Positions 1 through 8,457 of a stretch of 22,165 nucleotides of DNA are shown in pieces. The number at the start of each line of letters is the position of its first letter. Position 1 is the stretch's first letter. Source of the DNA: Candidatus Undinarchaeota archaeon (GTDB lineage Archaea; SpSt-1190); NCBI GenBank assembly GCA_964449215.1, contig CAYVAH010000011.1:1-22165 (forward strand), given 5' to 3'. Made by a program: the position numbers and the translations under genes. A model generated the notes under the pieces. It had not been told where the DNA came from and did not search any database. It saw only the letters and a list, made by a program, of their open reading frames with translations.

Positions 1-527
1 GCAAAAAACACAGCCACGACATCACCCGGCTTCACATATTTGAGAAGCCTGCGACGCTCAGAGCTCTGCCGGGGGGAAAAGTAGACCCGGGTCACATCAA
101 GCCGGAATCTCAGGCCGTGCTCCCTGTGAACCGTTTCCCGCCCTTTGCCGGCTATGAGCTCAAGCTCTGGCAGACGGAACTCCCCCCCGATAGCACCCCG
201 GCGGGCATAAACTGCCTTCAAACGCGGGTAGAAGTTCATCAGGTGTCTGGCTATCTCAGTCCGTTTTTTCCATTTCTCCTCCGGAATCAGGAGCACGGCA
301 ATATCCCCGATAATGTCGAAGGAGCCGACACCGAACGCCTCGCGGAGGCTCTTCTTCCTCGGCCTTTCGGGGAGCTTCTTCTCCACAGCCCCGGGCATCT
401 TCTTGACAGGCACGAACACGTGCTTTCCCTCACGCACGGGCTTCCGGGAGCGGTCATACATCCCGAGCCTCTTCAGCTCTTCAATCCTCTCCTGGGCCTC
501 CTCCTTCTTTACTTTCAGGGCAAACAC
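1..527 (-). CDS. trm5: Trm5-family tRNA (guanine37-N1)-methyltransferase, 5' part (runs off the window edge)
   Basis: Not in the ORF track. Manual translation from GTG at 527 gives MFALKVKKEEAQERIEELKRLGMYDRSRKPVREGKHVFVPV...SFDIIGDIAVL...GEFRLPELELIAG...ETVHREHGLRFRLDVTRVYFSPRQSSERRR...VAVFF, open to the edge. FDIIGDIA, GEFR and H-x-E-x-G...D...YFSPR are Trm5/Met-10 motifs. Confidence 0.9.
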   Translation of the reverse strand, partial: MFALKVKKEEAQERIEELKRLGMYDRSRKPVREGKHVFVPVKKMPGAVEKKLPERPRKKSLREAFGVGSFDIIGDIAVLLIPEEKWKKRTEIARHLMNFYPRLKAVYARRGAIGGEFRLPELELIAGKGRETVHREHGLRFRLDVTRVYFSPRQSSERRRLLKYVKPGDVVAVFF

Positions 528-547
528 AGAAGCGGATGGGTCGAAGA

Positions 548-555
548 TTTTTAAA
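548..555. promoter_or_regulatory. Putative bidirectional TATA box shared by trm5 and the HAD gene
   Basis: TTTTTAAA on + and TTTAAAAA on -, lying 21 nt from GTG 527 (-) and 21 nt from GTG 576 (+). Confidence 0.65.
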
Positions 556-575
556 CTGGTGCCCGGGTGTATTAC

Positions 576-1208
576 GTGATATTGATAGACTTCTCCGGGA
601 CACTGGCAAAACACAGGGAAGCTGTCAAGACGCTTTTTGAAGAGCTTGACCACCCGTTCTTCAAAGAAAGGGGGTTTGCCGGCACTGAGGAGGAACTGCG
701 CGGAGTGTTCCGCGAGGTGAACAAAAAGATAAGGATGAAGGAAAACAAGCAGGGGGACTTCACCCTGGAGGTTGCGAAGGCCCTCGGGCTGGATGTAAGC
801 GAGGAGGACGCCGTAAAGAAGGAGAGGGAATTCGACCGGAGATATGTGGAGATTATTGAAGCTGTGGAGGGCGCCGTGGAAGGCCTGAGAAAGCTCCTGA
901 AGGTGGATGACCTCGTGCTGCTAACGAATGGCGCCTGCCGCAGGGTCATACCCGCCGTTGAAAAGCTCGGCTTTGAGGGATTCTTCAAGCAGATTATCTG
1001 TCTTGGGGGGACGGGAAAAACAAAGAGCCACGGGGAACTCTTCAGGAAGCTCAGGAGGATGGGAGCGTGGGTCATAATAGGTGACAATCCCAAAAAGGAT
1101 GGAATTGCGGAGAGATACGGCATAACTTTCATAGATGTCCGGGTCGGCTGGCCGACGGCAGTCAGGCTCGTGAAGGGACTCCGGAAGGACAAGCGCCTCA
1201 AAGCATAA
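576..1208 (+). CDS. HAD-superfamily hydrolase
   Basis: Motif I variant IDFSGTL, motif II LLTNG, motif III Lys (KTKS), motif IV IGDNPKKDG. Start placed at GTG 576 from promoter spacing; alternative GTG 567. Confidence 0.85.
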   Translation: MILIDFSGTLAKHREAVKTLFEELDHPFFKERGFAGTEEELRGVFREVNKKIRMKENKQGDFTLEVAKALGLDVSEEDAVKKEREFDRRYVEIIEAVEGAVEGLRKLLKVDDLVLLTNGACRRVIPAVEKLGFEGFFKQIICLGGTGKTKSHGELFRKLRRMGAWVIIGDNPKKDGIAERYGITFIDVRVGWPTAVRLVKGLRKDKRLKA

Positions 1209-1209
1209 C

Positions 1210-1216
1210 TTTTAAA
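1210..1216 (+). promoter_or_regulatory. Putative TATA box of pepA
   Basis: TTTTAAA ending 22 nt before ATG 1238, just after the HAD stop codon. Confidence 0.6.
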
Positions 1217-1237
1217 CCCCCCGAAGGTCTTTTTTAG

Positions 1238-2608
1238 ATGTGGACCAAACTCCCCAGAGTTGAAAGGAGTGAGGGGTTGAAGGGTCGGATACTGGCGATG
1301 CCCCTCGCAAAGGACAGCGGGCAGGCCAGGGAGATGCTTGGGACCACGCCCGTGGAGGACAAGTTCTATGAGGGCAGGATCAGGATGATTGAACACAAGA
1401 ACAAGATAATTGTGGCTGTTGGTGTGAAAGGTGGTGAAGATGCACGAAAGTTCGGGGCCAGCGCCTGGAAGGCCGTTGAATCATTCCTCGGGCCCGTGAA
1501 ATTCCACCTCGTTCCGGATTTCCTTGACGGGGAAAAGGCACTTGAGGGCGCCATACTCGCAAGCTACCGGTTCTCAAGATATCTCACCGAACCGGAAAAC
1601 AGACCCTGGATTGTATTCCATGGACCGGAAAGGGCAATGAAGGAAGCGATGGCGAAGGCAAGGGCAACTTTCATAGCGAGGGACCTCGGAAACGAGCCAC
1701 CGAATGAGGTTTACCCGGCAAGTCTCGCGGAGAGAGTCCAGACCCTTTTCGAGGGCACAACCGTGGATGTGGAGATACACTCCTACGACTGGTTGCAGGA
1801 AAAGGGCTTCGGTGGAATAATCGCGGTGGGAAAGGGCTCGGCAAACAAACCCAGACTGATAGTTCTGAAATACCTGCCAACCGGGAAGAAACCGGTGCTA
1901 CTGGTTGGCAAGGGAGTCTCCTTCGACTCCGGTGGGATCAACCTGAAACCAACAGGCTACATAGAAGACATGAAGCTGGACATGTCAGGAGCTGCCGCAG
2001 TTATAGGAGCGATATACGCTGCAGCAGAGATAAAATTGAAAAGGGATGTTGTTGGGTTGGTTCCCGCTGTTGAGAACATGCCCAGCGGTGAAGCCACCCG
2101 TCCCGGAGACGTAATAAGGATGTTCAACGGGAAGACCGTGGAAGTGTGGAACACCGATGCGGAGGGAAGGTTGATACTTGCAGATGCACTCGCCTACGGC
2201 TTCAAGAGGTTCAAGCCCGAAGCCGCAGTTGACCTCGCCACACTCACAGGAGCGTGTAAGGTTGCTCTCGGGAACAGGGTGGCTGGGGTTATGGGAAATG
2301 ACAGGGAACTTGTCGAGAAACTCAAGGCTGCCGGGAAACGGGTGCAGGAGGAACTTTGGGAGTTGCCCATGCACAAGCACTACGCCGAACCACTGAAAAG
2401 CGAGGTGGCTGATGTGAGAAACGCCGCCGAAAAAAGCTACGGTGGTGCAATTATGGGAGCAAAGTTCCTCGAGAATTTCGTGAGCGGGAAGTGGGCGCAC
2501 CTCGACATTGCCGGACCGGCAATCTCCGACAAACCGTGGCTGTGGAACCCGAAGGGCGGCACCGGCTTCGGCACCAGGCTGATAATTGAGTGGCTGAAGG
2601 GTGGTTGA
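1238..2608 (+). CDS. pepA: Leucyl aminopeptidase (peptidase M17)
   Basis: GKGVSFDSGG, MKLDMSGAA, NTDAEGRL, DLATLTGA and WAHLDIAG metal-binding/catalytic motifs. Confidence 0.97.
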   Translation: MWTKLPRVERSEGLKGRILAMPLAKDSGQAREMLGTTPVEDKFYEGRIRMIEHKNKIIVAVGVKGGEDARKFGASAWKAVESFLGPVKFHLVPDFLDGEKALEGAILASYRFSRYLTEPENRPWIVFHGPERAMKEAMAKARATFIARDLGNEPPNEVYPASLAERVQTLFEGTTVDVEIHSYDWLQEKGFGGIIAVGKGSANKPRLIVLKYLPTGKKPVLLVGKGVSFDSGGINLKPTGYIEDMKLDMSGAAAVIGAIYAAAEIKLKRDVVGLVPAVENMPSGEATRPGDVIRMFNGKTVEVWNTDAEGRLILADALAYGFKRFKPEAAVDLATLTGACKVALGNRVAGVMGNDRELVEKLKAAGKRVQEELWELPMHKHYAEPLKSEVADVRNAAEKSYGGAIMGAKFLENFVSGKWAHLDIAGPAISDKPWLWNPKGGTGFGTRLIIEWLKGG

Positions 2609-3683
2609 AGTGGTGGTGGCATTTTCAATAGGGACGCGGGCAGAGCTCATCAAGACCTTCCCTGTGCTCAAGAGAATGGATGAGTATGTGCTCATACACA
2701 CGGGGCAGCACTCCCTCGGGAACCTCCTCGACCTTCTCAATGTGAAGGAACCTGACAGGGTGCTGACACCCCCTCCCACGGATACCACGAAGTTCTACAT
2801 GAACGCACCGAGGGCAACATTCTGGAGCCTGGGAGTGATGAACAGGATAAGGAAAGCCGTGAAGGAAGTCGGGGCGGACAGGCTCGTATATCACGGGGAC
2901 ACAATGACCACGGCCTCGTCTGCACTGGCAGCCAGACTGGCAGGGGTAGAAGGGGTCCATCTGGAAGCCGGCCTCCGTTCTGGTTCGATATGGGAGCCAT
3001 TCCCGGAAGAGATATCACGCAAGGTCGCCGACAGATTTTCCGGGCTCCTGCTCGCCGTATCCAAGGGAACGGAAGAAAACCTGAAAAAGGCCAACATAAA
3101 GGGGAAAATAGTCACAACTGGCAACACGATTATCGACTCCGCCCTGGAAGCCTTCAGGATGGGCAAGGGGCTCGTAGATATCCCGGATGGAGAATATGCA
3201 GTGGTCACCGCCCACCGCCACGAAAACCTGCGAAGCCGGGAAAGGATGGAAGCTCTTGTGGAGATAGTCCGGAACGTGCCAATAGACACCTACTTCTTCG
3301 TTCACGATAATACCGTGGCAGCTCTGAAGAGGTTCGGGCTGTTCAAACCCCTTGCCCGGAAGGTGAAACTTGCAAGGCTCAGCAACTACATCACCTTCAT
3401 CCAGTGGCTGGCAGGAGCACGGCTGGTGCTCACTGACGGCGGAAGTGTGCAGGAGGAATCACTGGTGTTCAGGAAGCCCTGCATACTCCTGCGGAAGAGG
3501 ACGGAGAGGACGGAGGCTCTGGAAACAGGGATAAACTTCCTCACAGGAATGAATGTGAAATACGCCCTGCGAAAGATGGACGAGGTCCTGGACGAGGACT
3601 GGAAGCCCCCGAGGTTCCACAATCCCTATGGGGAGAGGGGAGTTAGCAAGAAGGTCGTGAAAACCATACAGGAAGAGCAGTAA
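2601..3683 (+). CDS. wecB: UDP-N-acetylglucosamine 2-epimerase (non-hydrolysing)
   Basis: GTRAELIK, HTGQH, HGDT, HLEAGLRS, PFPEE, AHRHEN, TDGGSVQEE and C-terminal NPYG motifs. Start is GTG 2601 or GTG 2610. Confidence 0.93.
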   Translation: MVEVVVAFSIGTRAELIKTFPVLKRMDEYVLIHTGQHSLGNLLDLLNVKEPDRVLTPPPTDTTKFYMNAPRATFWSLGVMNRIRKAVKEVGADRLVYHGDTMTTASSALAARLAGVEGVHLEAGLRSGSIWEPFPEEISRKVADRFSGLLLAVSKGTEENLKKANIKGKIVTTGNTIIDSALEAFRMGKGLVDIPDGEYAVVTAHRHENLRSRERMEALVEIVRNVPIDTYFFVHDNTVAALKRFGLFKPLARKVKLARLSNYITFIQWLAGARLVLTDGGSVQEESLVFRKPCILLRKRTERTEALETGINFLTGMNVKYALRKMDEVLDEDWKPPRFHNPYGERGVSKKVVKTIQEEQ

Positions 3684-3709
3684 AATTGTCGCCACTTAAA
3701 AGGAAAAAA

Positions 3710-3718
3710 TATATAAAA
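3710..3718 (+). promoter_or_regulatory. Putative TATA box (with upstream BRE-like purine run) of the orphan gene
   Basis: TATATAAAA preceded by GGAAAAAA, ending 22 nt before ATG 3740. Confidence 0.6.
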
Positions 3719-3739
3719 CAAAAAGCTCATAGGAATGGT

Positions 3740-4171
3740 ATGTTTGACCTGTATAATTTAATTGAGAAGTTTGACCTGTATAAAATAATCGAGCCGGCAG
3801 GAAAAACCATGAGTACTGCCCTGAGGAAAATCGGAAACATTCTCGTTCCATTCGACGAGGAAGCCTACCTGAAGGAGGTAGAGTGGGCCAAAGAGGCATT
3901 TCAGCCGTATATCCCCAAATACGATGAATTCCTGAAAAAGGAATTGACCCACTATTGGGCAGCATGCAATATTCAAAGGAAAATGATGAACGGGTACAAG
4001 AAGCTGGAGAAAGATGATTGCACAGGAATCCTCAAATGGATTTCCAAGGTCTCAAGCGAAATGGATGAATTCCTCTCAGCATGGGGCCTCTTACTTCCAC
4101 AATACCTAGAGGAACTCGTCAGCTCTTACGGAGCTGCAAAGACAGAAACAAAAGCAGAAGCCAGAAACTGA
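3740..4171 (+). CDS. Hypothetical AT-rich protein (143 aa), probably helical
   Basis: The ORF fills the gap between wecB and L14e and has its own TATA box. No family recognised. The track start at 3686 runs through the promoter, so ATG 3740 is preferred. Confidence 0.7.
   Translation: MFDLYNLIEKFDLYKIIEPAGKTMSTALRKIGNILVPFDEEAYLKEVEWAKEAFQPYIPKYDEFLKKELTHYWAACNIQRKMMNGYKKLEKDDCTGILKWISKVSSEMDEFLSAWGLLLPQYLEELVSSYGAAKTETKAEARN
3742..3783 (+). repeat. 15-bp direct repeat with 27-bp period
   Basis: GTTTGACCTGTATAA at 3742-3756 and 3769-3783, encoding FDLYNLIEK / FDLYKIIEP. Confidence 0.85.
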
Positions 4172-4453
4172 TTATCGCGCGAGCCGCGACTTCAGGGCCG
4201 TCCCGGTGACGAAGTCCAGCTTCGCCCCGCGGAACTCCTCCTCTTTTTTCTTCAGTTTTTCAACAATTTCATCCTCGCTGAGCTTGGACACGTCCAGGGT
4301 CTCGGGCAGGGGCTCGAGATGCACGGGATTCACCCATCTCCTGCGGACTGATGGACCGAGAACAAGAAGCTTCCCCTTCTTGGACTCCAGAACCACGCAC
4401 ACGCCGTGGTCCCTCCCTGCAACCTTCACAGCGAGCCTATTCTTTTTGAGCAT
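4172..4453 (-). CDS. rpl14e: 50S ribosomal protein L14e
   Basis: VKVAGRDHGVCVVL...GPSVRRRWVNPVHLEP matches the L14e KOW/SH3 pattern; usual position after L34e. Confidence 0.9.
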   Translation of the reverse strand: MLKKNRLAVKVAGRDHGVCVVLESKKGKLLVLGPSVRRRWVNPVHLEPLPETLDVSKLSEDEIVEKLKKKEEEFRGAKLDFVTGTALKSRLAR

Positions 4454-4655
4454 AAACCCTCACCTTTTCCCGCATAATGGCCCTTGAACAAGGCACGCAG
4501 AGCTCCGGATGTGCCCTGCTCCTCCTGGATCCCAGAAGGGGACGGTGACACACACCACAAAAGGCCTTCTTGGAGGAGGACAACCTGTGATAGCTGAACC
4601 TACCACCGGGAGTTCTCACCTTCTTTTTCCTCGCACGCCTCATTGCTGGACGCAT
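4437..4655 (-). CDS. rpl34e: 50S ribosomal protein L34e
   Basis: MRPAMRR...VRTPGG, CGVC...L and LCVPC zinc ligands. Start ATG 4655; the track extension to 4793 overlaps DUF106. Confidence 0.92.
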   Translation of the reverse strand: MRPAMRRARKKKVRTPGGRFSYHRLSSSKKAFCGVCHRPLLGSRRSRAHPELCVPCSRAIMREKVRVYAQKE

Positions 4656-4675
4656 ACCTCCAACTCCCCGGGTCG

Positions 4676-4684
4676 TTTTAAAAA
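4676..4684 (-). promoter_or_regulatory. Putative TATA box of L34e-L14e
   Basis: TTTTTAAAA on the minus strand, directly after the DUF106 stop and 21 nt before ATG 4655. Confidence 0.6.
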
Positions 4685-5062
4685 CTAACTGTATAGGAGC
4701 TTCCTGACCACACGGTCCGCCACCATCATGGAAAGGATGCCCATTATCATAAAGGAACCGAGCCAGCCAAAGCTGTGGCCAAACACGACCCACTGGAGTT
4801 CAGCGTATCGGGACTTGATAAAAAAGAGTGCTACAAGCGAAACAGGGAGAATATATTTCTGCGTGCGGAATGAAAGTTTCATCCGGCGGGAATTCAGCCT
4901 GTTGAGTTCCCTGTAGGCCTTCTCATCACCCTTCTTGGCCCTGTCAAGCAACTTCTTCATGTCCTTTTCAAGTGACCGGAGCTCCGCCCCCCCAACCTTC
5001 CTGTTGATAAAGCTCACAAGGAAACTGTAAAGAAAGACCACAAGTGCAAACTCCCCTATCAT
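4685..5062 (-). CDS. DUF106 (EMC3/TMCO1-like, Oxa1 superfamily) membrane protein
   Basis: N-terminal TM, charged coiled coil (LEKDMKKLLDRAKKGDEKAYRELNRLN), two further TMs with a GWL motif; conserved position between secY and L34e. Confidence 0.8.
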   Translation of the reverse strand: MIGEFALVVFLYSFLVSFINRKVGGAELRSLEKDMKKLLDRAKKGDEKAYRELNRLNSRRMKLSFRTQKYILPVSLVALFFIKSRYAELQWVVFGHSFGWLGSFMIMGILSMMVADRVVRKLLYS

Positions 5063-6471
5063 CGAGCTCCCCCCAAGAACTTCCTCACTGCAGGGTTCAT
5101 GTCCATGGCATACTGCTGCATTATTGTCTCGTAAAGTCTGTAAATTATCATCACCGAAAGCAGGATGCCCGTCCCCCTTGAAAGGGCGTTTGTGAAGTCG
5201 GCCGTGGCAGCCAGGAGACCAACAGCAATTGCCCCAAGGTCGGTGAGGTAGGGGATATACCTGCTCAGAACCTTTTTCAGGATGCGGGGGTCACGCCGGA
5301 ACCCCGGAATCCCAAAGCCCCCGCGCTGTATCTGTCTGGCAACCGCCCCTGCATCCATGTTTGAAGTGTAAACCCAGAAACGGGCAAACATCACAGCACC
5401 GACAACCATAACGGCCGTGTATGAAAATGCCCTCAAGAGCATCTGCAGGTAAACCCCACCCTGCATGAGGCCGCGGAAAAAGTCAACAGGAGAGAAGATG
5501 ATGTAGTAAATGAGGGTGCGGGGGGGTGTGAGGTAAAGGGCAAGACCACTAACGGGACTCCCGGAGGAGTCAAACTGACCAAACAGGGTTATTCCACGGT
5601 CCGCGAGAAAACGTGTCCAGAGCTCGAGGTTCGCTATCAGGGCTGCCGTGAATATCACGGGGATGTTTGAAGTGTAAAAGAGGCTGAGTGGCCACCTGGT
5701 GACAGCGCCACGGACCCTCGCAAACGCCAGGGGGATTTCAACCTTTATCCCACTGGCATAGACTGTGAGAAAGAAGATTGCAATCGTGAACACGACGGGG
5801 AGAAGCACTGAAAGGGCAGAAGAAGGGTCACCCTGTGAAAGGTAGGTCAGTGCTGCAAAGAGCCTGCCAGCCGGCACACCGGGATTGCTCGGGTTCGGGA
5901 AAGGATTGAATATCCCCGTGACTATCCGCTCGCTCACGCCCGACGCGATGAAAAGGCTTATCCCCCCCATAAAGCCCCAGCGGGAGCTTATCTGGTCCAT
6001 CAAGATGAGGAAAAACGTCCCGAGGCAGAGCTGGAGAATCAGGAGAAGCTTGTTCGCGAGTGTTGGATTCGCCGGGGGGAGACCACCCATCAGCACGTAT
6101 ATTGCGGCCTCAAACACCGTCACAATCAGGACGCCCACCCTTTCGAAGACCTCATACTGCTTCCGCCCCTCCGGACTGTTGAGGTCCAGTGGAAGCAGGT
6201 CTGAACCGGCAAGGAGCTGAAGGATAAGGCTCGCTGTGACTATGGGACCAATACCGAGGGTCACCAGTGAGCCAAAATGCCCGGCTATTATCGCCCTGAT
6301 GCTCTGAAACTGGTCAACCGCCGCCGGGCTGAGGCCATAGAGGGGAATGTTTGCCATGACAAAATACAGGAGGAGAATGATGGCAGTCCATTTCAACCGC
6401 TCATTGAAATTCAGCCGCCTTATCGGGGCACGGACTTCCGGTATCCCGGCTGCCAGGTCAGTAAGCGCCAC
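5059..6471 (-). CDS. secY: Preprotein translocase subunit SecY
   Basis: LKWT, IPLYG, GSLVTLGIGPIVTASLILQLL, GGISLFIA, YTSNIPVI, IPGFRRDPR, GTGILL; about 10 TM segments. Confidence 0.98.
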   Translation of the reverse strand: MALTDLAAGIPEVRAPIRRLNFNERLKWTAIILLLYFVMANIPLYGLSPAAVDQFQSIRAIIAGHFGSLVTLGIGPIVTASLILQLLAGSDLLPLDLNSPEGRKQYEVFERVGVLIVTVFEAAIYVLMGGLPPANPTLANKLLLILQLCLGTFFLILMDQISSRWGFMGGISLFIASGVSERIVTGIFNPFPNPSNPGVPAGRLFAALTYLSQGDPSSALSVLLPVVFTIAIFFLTVYASGIKVEIPLAFARVRGAVTRWPLSLFYTSNIPVIFTAALIANLELWTRFLADRGITLFGQFDSSGSPVSGLALYLTPPRTLIYYIIFSPVDFFRGLMQGGVYLQMLLRAFSYTAVMVVGAVMFARFWVYTSNMDAGAVARQIQRGGFGIPGFRRDPRILKKVLSRYIPYLTDLGAIAVGLLAATADFTNALSRGTGILLSVMIIYRLYETIMQQYAMDMNPAVRKFLGGAR

Positions 6472-6491
6472 AGTCCAGCTAAAGAAAAGCG

Positions 6492-6500
6492 TTTAAAAAA
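6492..6500 (-). promoter_or_regulatory. Putative TATA box of secY-DUF106, overlapping the T-tract after the L15 stop
   Basis: TTTTTTAAA on the minus strand, 21 nt before GTG 6471. Confidence 0.6.
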
Positions 6501-6899
6501 CTACTGCACTATCTCGCCGCCAGCCTGCTTCACCTTGTCCTCAGCACGCTTTGTCCATGACCGGACCTTTATCTTCATGGGTTTTGTGAGCCTCCCGGAA
6601 CCGAGCAGTTTTTCCACGCCGATCGCAGAGAGGTCCGCCTCACTGGAAAAATGCTGGTCAACCCAGCTAAGGTTGACAGCCACGGGTTTCCTGGACAGAC
6701 CACCCCGCGTGAAACCATACTTCCCGAAATGACCGAACTTACCCCTCCTTCCCTTCCCGAAAAGGAGCTTCCCGCCCTTAAGTGTGGTCATCCACCGGGC
6801 ATCCTTCACACCGGCATAACCAGCTCCACCTCGACGTCCGGCACCACGCTTGTGCGTTCCGTGGCCGTGAGTGCCACTTCCCCTTCCCTTCTTAGCCAT
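6501..6899 (-). CDS. rpl15: 50S ribosomal protein L15
   Basis: RGSGTHGHG...RGAGRRGGAGYAG, FGKYGF, KLLGSG, AGG C-terminus; start ATG 6899. Confidence 0.95.
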   Translation of the reverse strand: MAKKGRGSGTHGHGTHKRGAGRRGGAGYAGVKDARWMTTLKGGKLLFGKGRRGKFGHFGKYGFTRGGLSRKPVAVNLSWVDQHFSSEADLSAIGVEKLLGSGRLTKPMKIKVRSWTKRAEDKVKQAGGEIVQ

Positions 6900-7260
6900 T
6901 GCCAGCACCTCCCGGGAGCATCCTCTCAATCAGCTCGTTTATCGCTTCCCCCCTGTAGCCAAGTTCACCATCCGGCAGGGGGCGTTTTATCGTCCTCTTG
7001 AACCCCCCGCGTGGTGGGTGAAGCCTATATCGCTTCACCTTGTCGCCTTTTGCAGGGAGTTTCTCCAGAGCCTTGAGCACGGCTTCAGACAGCTCCCCCC
7101 AGGTCACCCTGTCCTTTATGACCCGCAACATCCCCCTCACACTCGGGTTATCATCCAGCACAGCAAGGGTGTGATTCCTGTCAAGACCAAGGAGCTCGAG
7201 GGTCTTTTTCACATCCGGTCGGAGCCCAACTTCCCCCCTGATACGTATCACGCCAATCAT
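6892..7260 (-). CDS. rpl30: 50S ribosomal protein L30
   Basis: VIRIRG, TLELLGL, VTWGE, RLHPPRGGF, GELGYRGEAINELIERML. Alternative start GTG 7263. Confidence 0.95.
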   Translation of the reverse strand: MIGVIRIRGEVGLRPDVKKTLELLGLDRNHTLAVLDDNPSVRGMLRVIKDRVTWGELSEAVLKALEKLPAKGDKVKRYRLHPPRGGFKRTIKRPLPDGELGYRGEAINELIERMLPGGAGNG

Positions 7261-7925
7261 CACATCACCCTCTTCGCATAGTCCTCAGGTATCTTGGCTT
7301 CCCTGAGCTTCTTCAAAGCATCAAAGATAGCATAGGCGTAATTAATCCGGGTCCTGGTCTCGCCCTGAGTTTCAGACCACACATCCCTTATGCCCGCAAG
7401 CTCAAGTATTTTCTTCCCCTCGTCCGGCAGCACAAGACCCGTTCCCCTCGGGGCGGGCTTCAGCGTGACCTTCACAGAACCGGACTTCCCGTGAACAACA
7501 AAGGGCAAGCTGTGGGAAGTCCGGCAACCACACTCCCAGTCACCACAGCCACGGAAGACCTTTATGATGTTCCTTTTGGCATTTATCAGGGCTCTTTGCC
7601 TCGCCAGAAGGCTCTCCCTGCTCGTCCCTTTACCGAGCCCAATATACCCGTTACCGTTCCCGATAACAGCAAGGTATGTGTATTTGTTTCTCGAACCCTC
7701 CCTGACTTTCTTCTGAGTCCGGCGGAAGGGACGCCTCTGGCCACCGCCAAATTTTCCCTTCGCCTGACCTATCTTAACAAGCTCGGTCTTAAGGTCCGGA
7801 AGGAGGAAATCCACCACCTCCGGCTCAATTATCTTTATGCCCTTGTCGAGAACTTCATCTATGCTCTTGACCTCCCCATCCTTGACCATCCTTCCCAGAC
7901 GGGTCTTAGGAACCCATGTTTCCAT
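7260..7925 (-). CDS. rps5: 30S ribosomal protein S5
   Basis: WVPKTRLGRMV, GNGNGYIGLG, RGCGDWECGC, PAPRGTGL. Start is ATG 7925 or GTG 7934. Confidence 0.97.
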   Translation of the reverse strand: METWVPKTRLGRMVKDGEVKSIDEVLDKGIKIIEPEVVDFLLPDLKTELVKIGQAKGKFGGGQRRPFRRTQKKVREGSRNKYTYLAVIGNGNGYIGLGKGTSRESLLARQRALINAKRNIIKVFRGCGDWECGCRTSHSLPFVVHGKSGSVKVTLKPAPRGTGLVLPDEGKKILELAGIRDVWSETQGETRTRINYAYAIFDALKKLREAKIPEDYAKRVM

Positions 7926-7926
7926 C

Positions 7927-8457
7927 TCAACCACCCTTCAACTTTGAAAGCAACTTTTCGAACTCACCGACCACCGAGACCCCCTGCTTCCTGTATCTGG
8001 AAAACTGGTGACCCTTCGCAACCTTCATGTAAGCATCCACGTGCTCCCCCCTGAGCCTTTCCTCATCGGGTAGAGCATCCTTTGAATGGGGAACCTTCAG
8101 TCCGGCATCAACAGCTCCCTTCACCACTGCCATAACCTTTGCAGAACAGGGATGCCTTCCAGTATCAAGAACCGCACTGTGGACTTTTTTCTCCCTCCCC
8201 AGCTTCCCGAGCATAAAACCGACAAGATATGCAGCGGAACTGTTGGCACCCGCCTTCCAGCCGAGCTTCCGGAGCCTCCGGACATCGGCAGTCGCCACCA
8301 CCACATCCCCCTCAGGGCGGTAGTTTACCAGCTGAGCCACCACATTCCCGCAGGTCTTCCGGACAACCAGCCTGGTTTTCCCCGACTTCAGGAGGGCGAG
8401 CCTCTTGTTGTAGTCCGTGATTCCTTTCAGCCTCCTCTTCAAGTTCCGCCTTTTCAT
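7927..8457 (-). CDS. rpl18: 50S ribosomal protein L18
   Basis: TDYNKRLALLKSG..RLVVRKT, NSSAAYLVG, KGAVDAGLKVPH, RLRGEH. Confidence 0.96.
   Translation of the reverse strand: MKRRNLKRRLKGITDYNKRLALLKSGKTRLVVRKTCGNVVAQLVNYRPEGDVVVATADVRRLRKLGWKAGANSSAAYLVGFMLGKLGREKKVHSAVLDTGRHPCSAKVMAVVKGAVDAGLKVPHSKDALPDEERLRGEHVDAYMKVAKGHQFSRYRKQGVSVVGEFEKLLSKLKGG

Noticed and set aside
117..579. Plus-strand ORFs 117..554 and 313..579
   Set aside because: Antisense shadows of the minus-strand trm5 gene, which carries clear family motifs.
572..3695. Long minus-strand ORFs opposite HAD, pepA and wecB
   Set aside because: Antisense to well-supported genes and lacking recognisable features.
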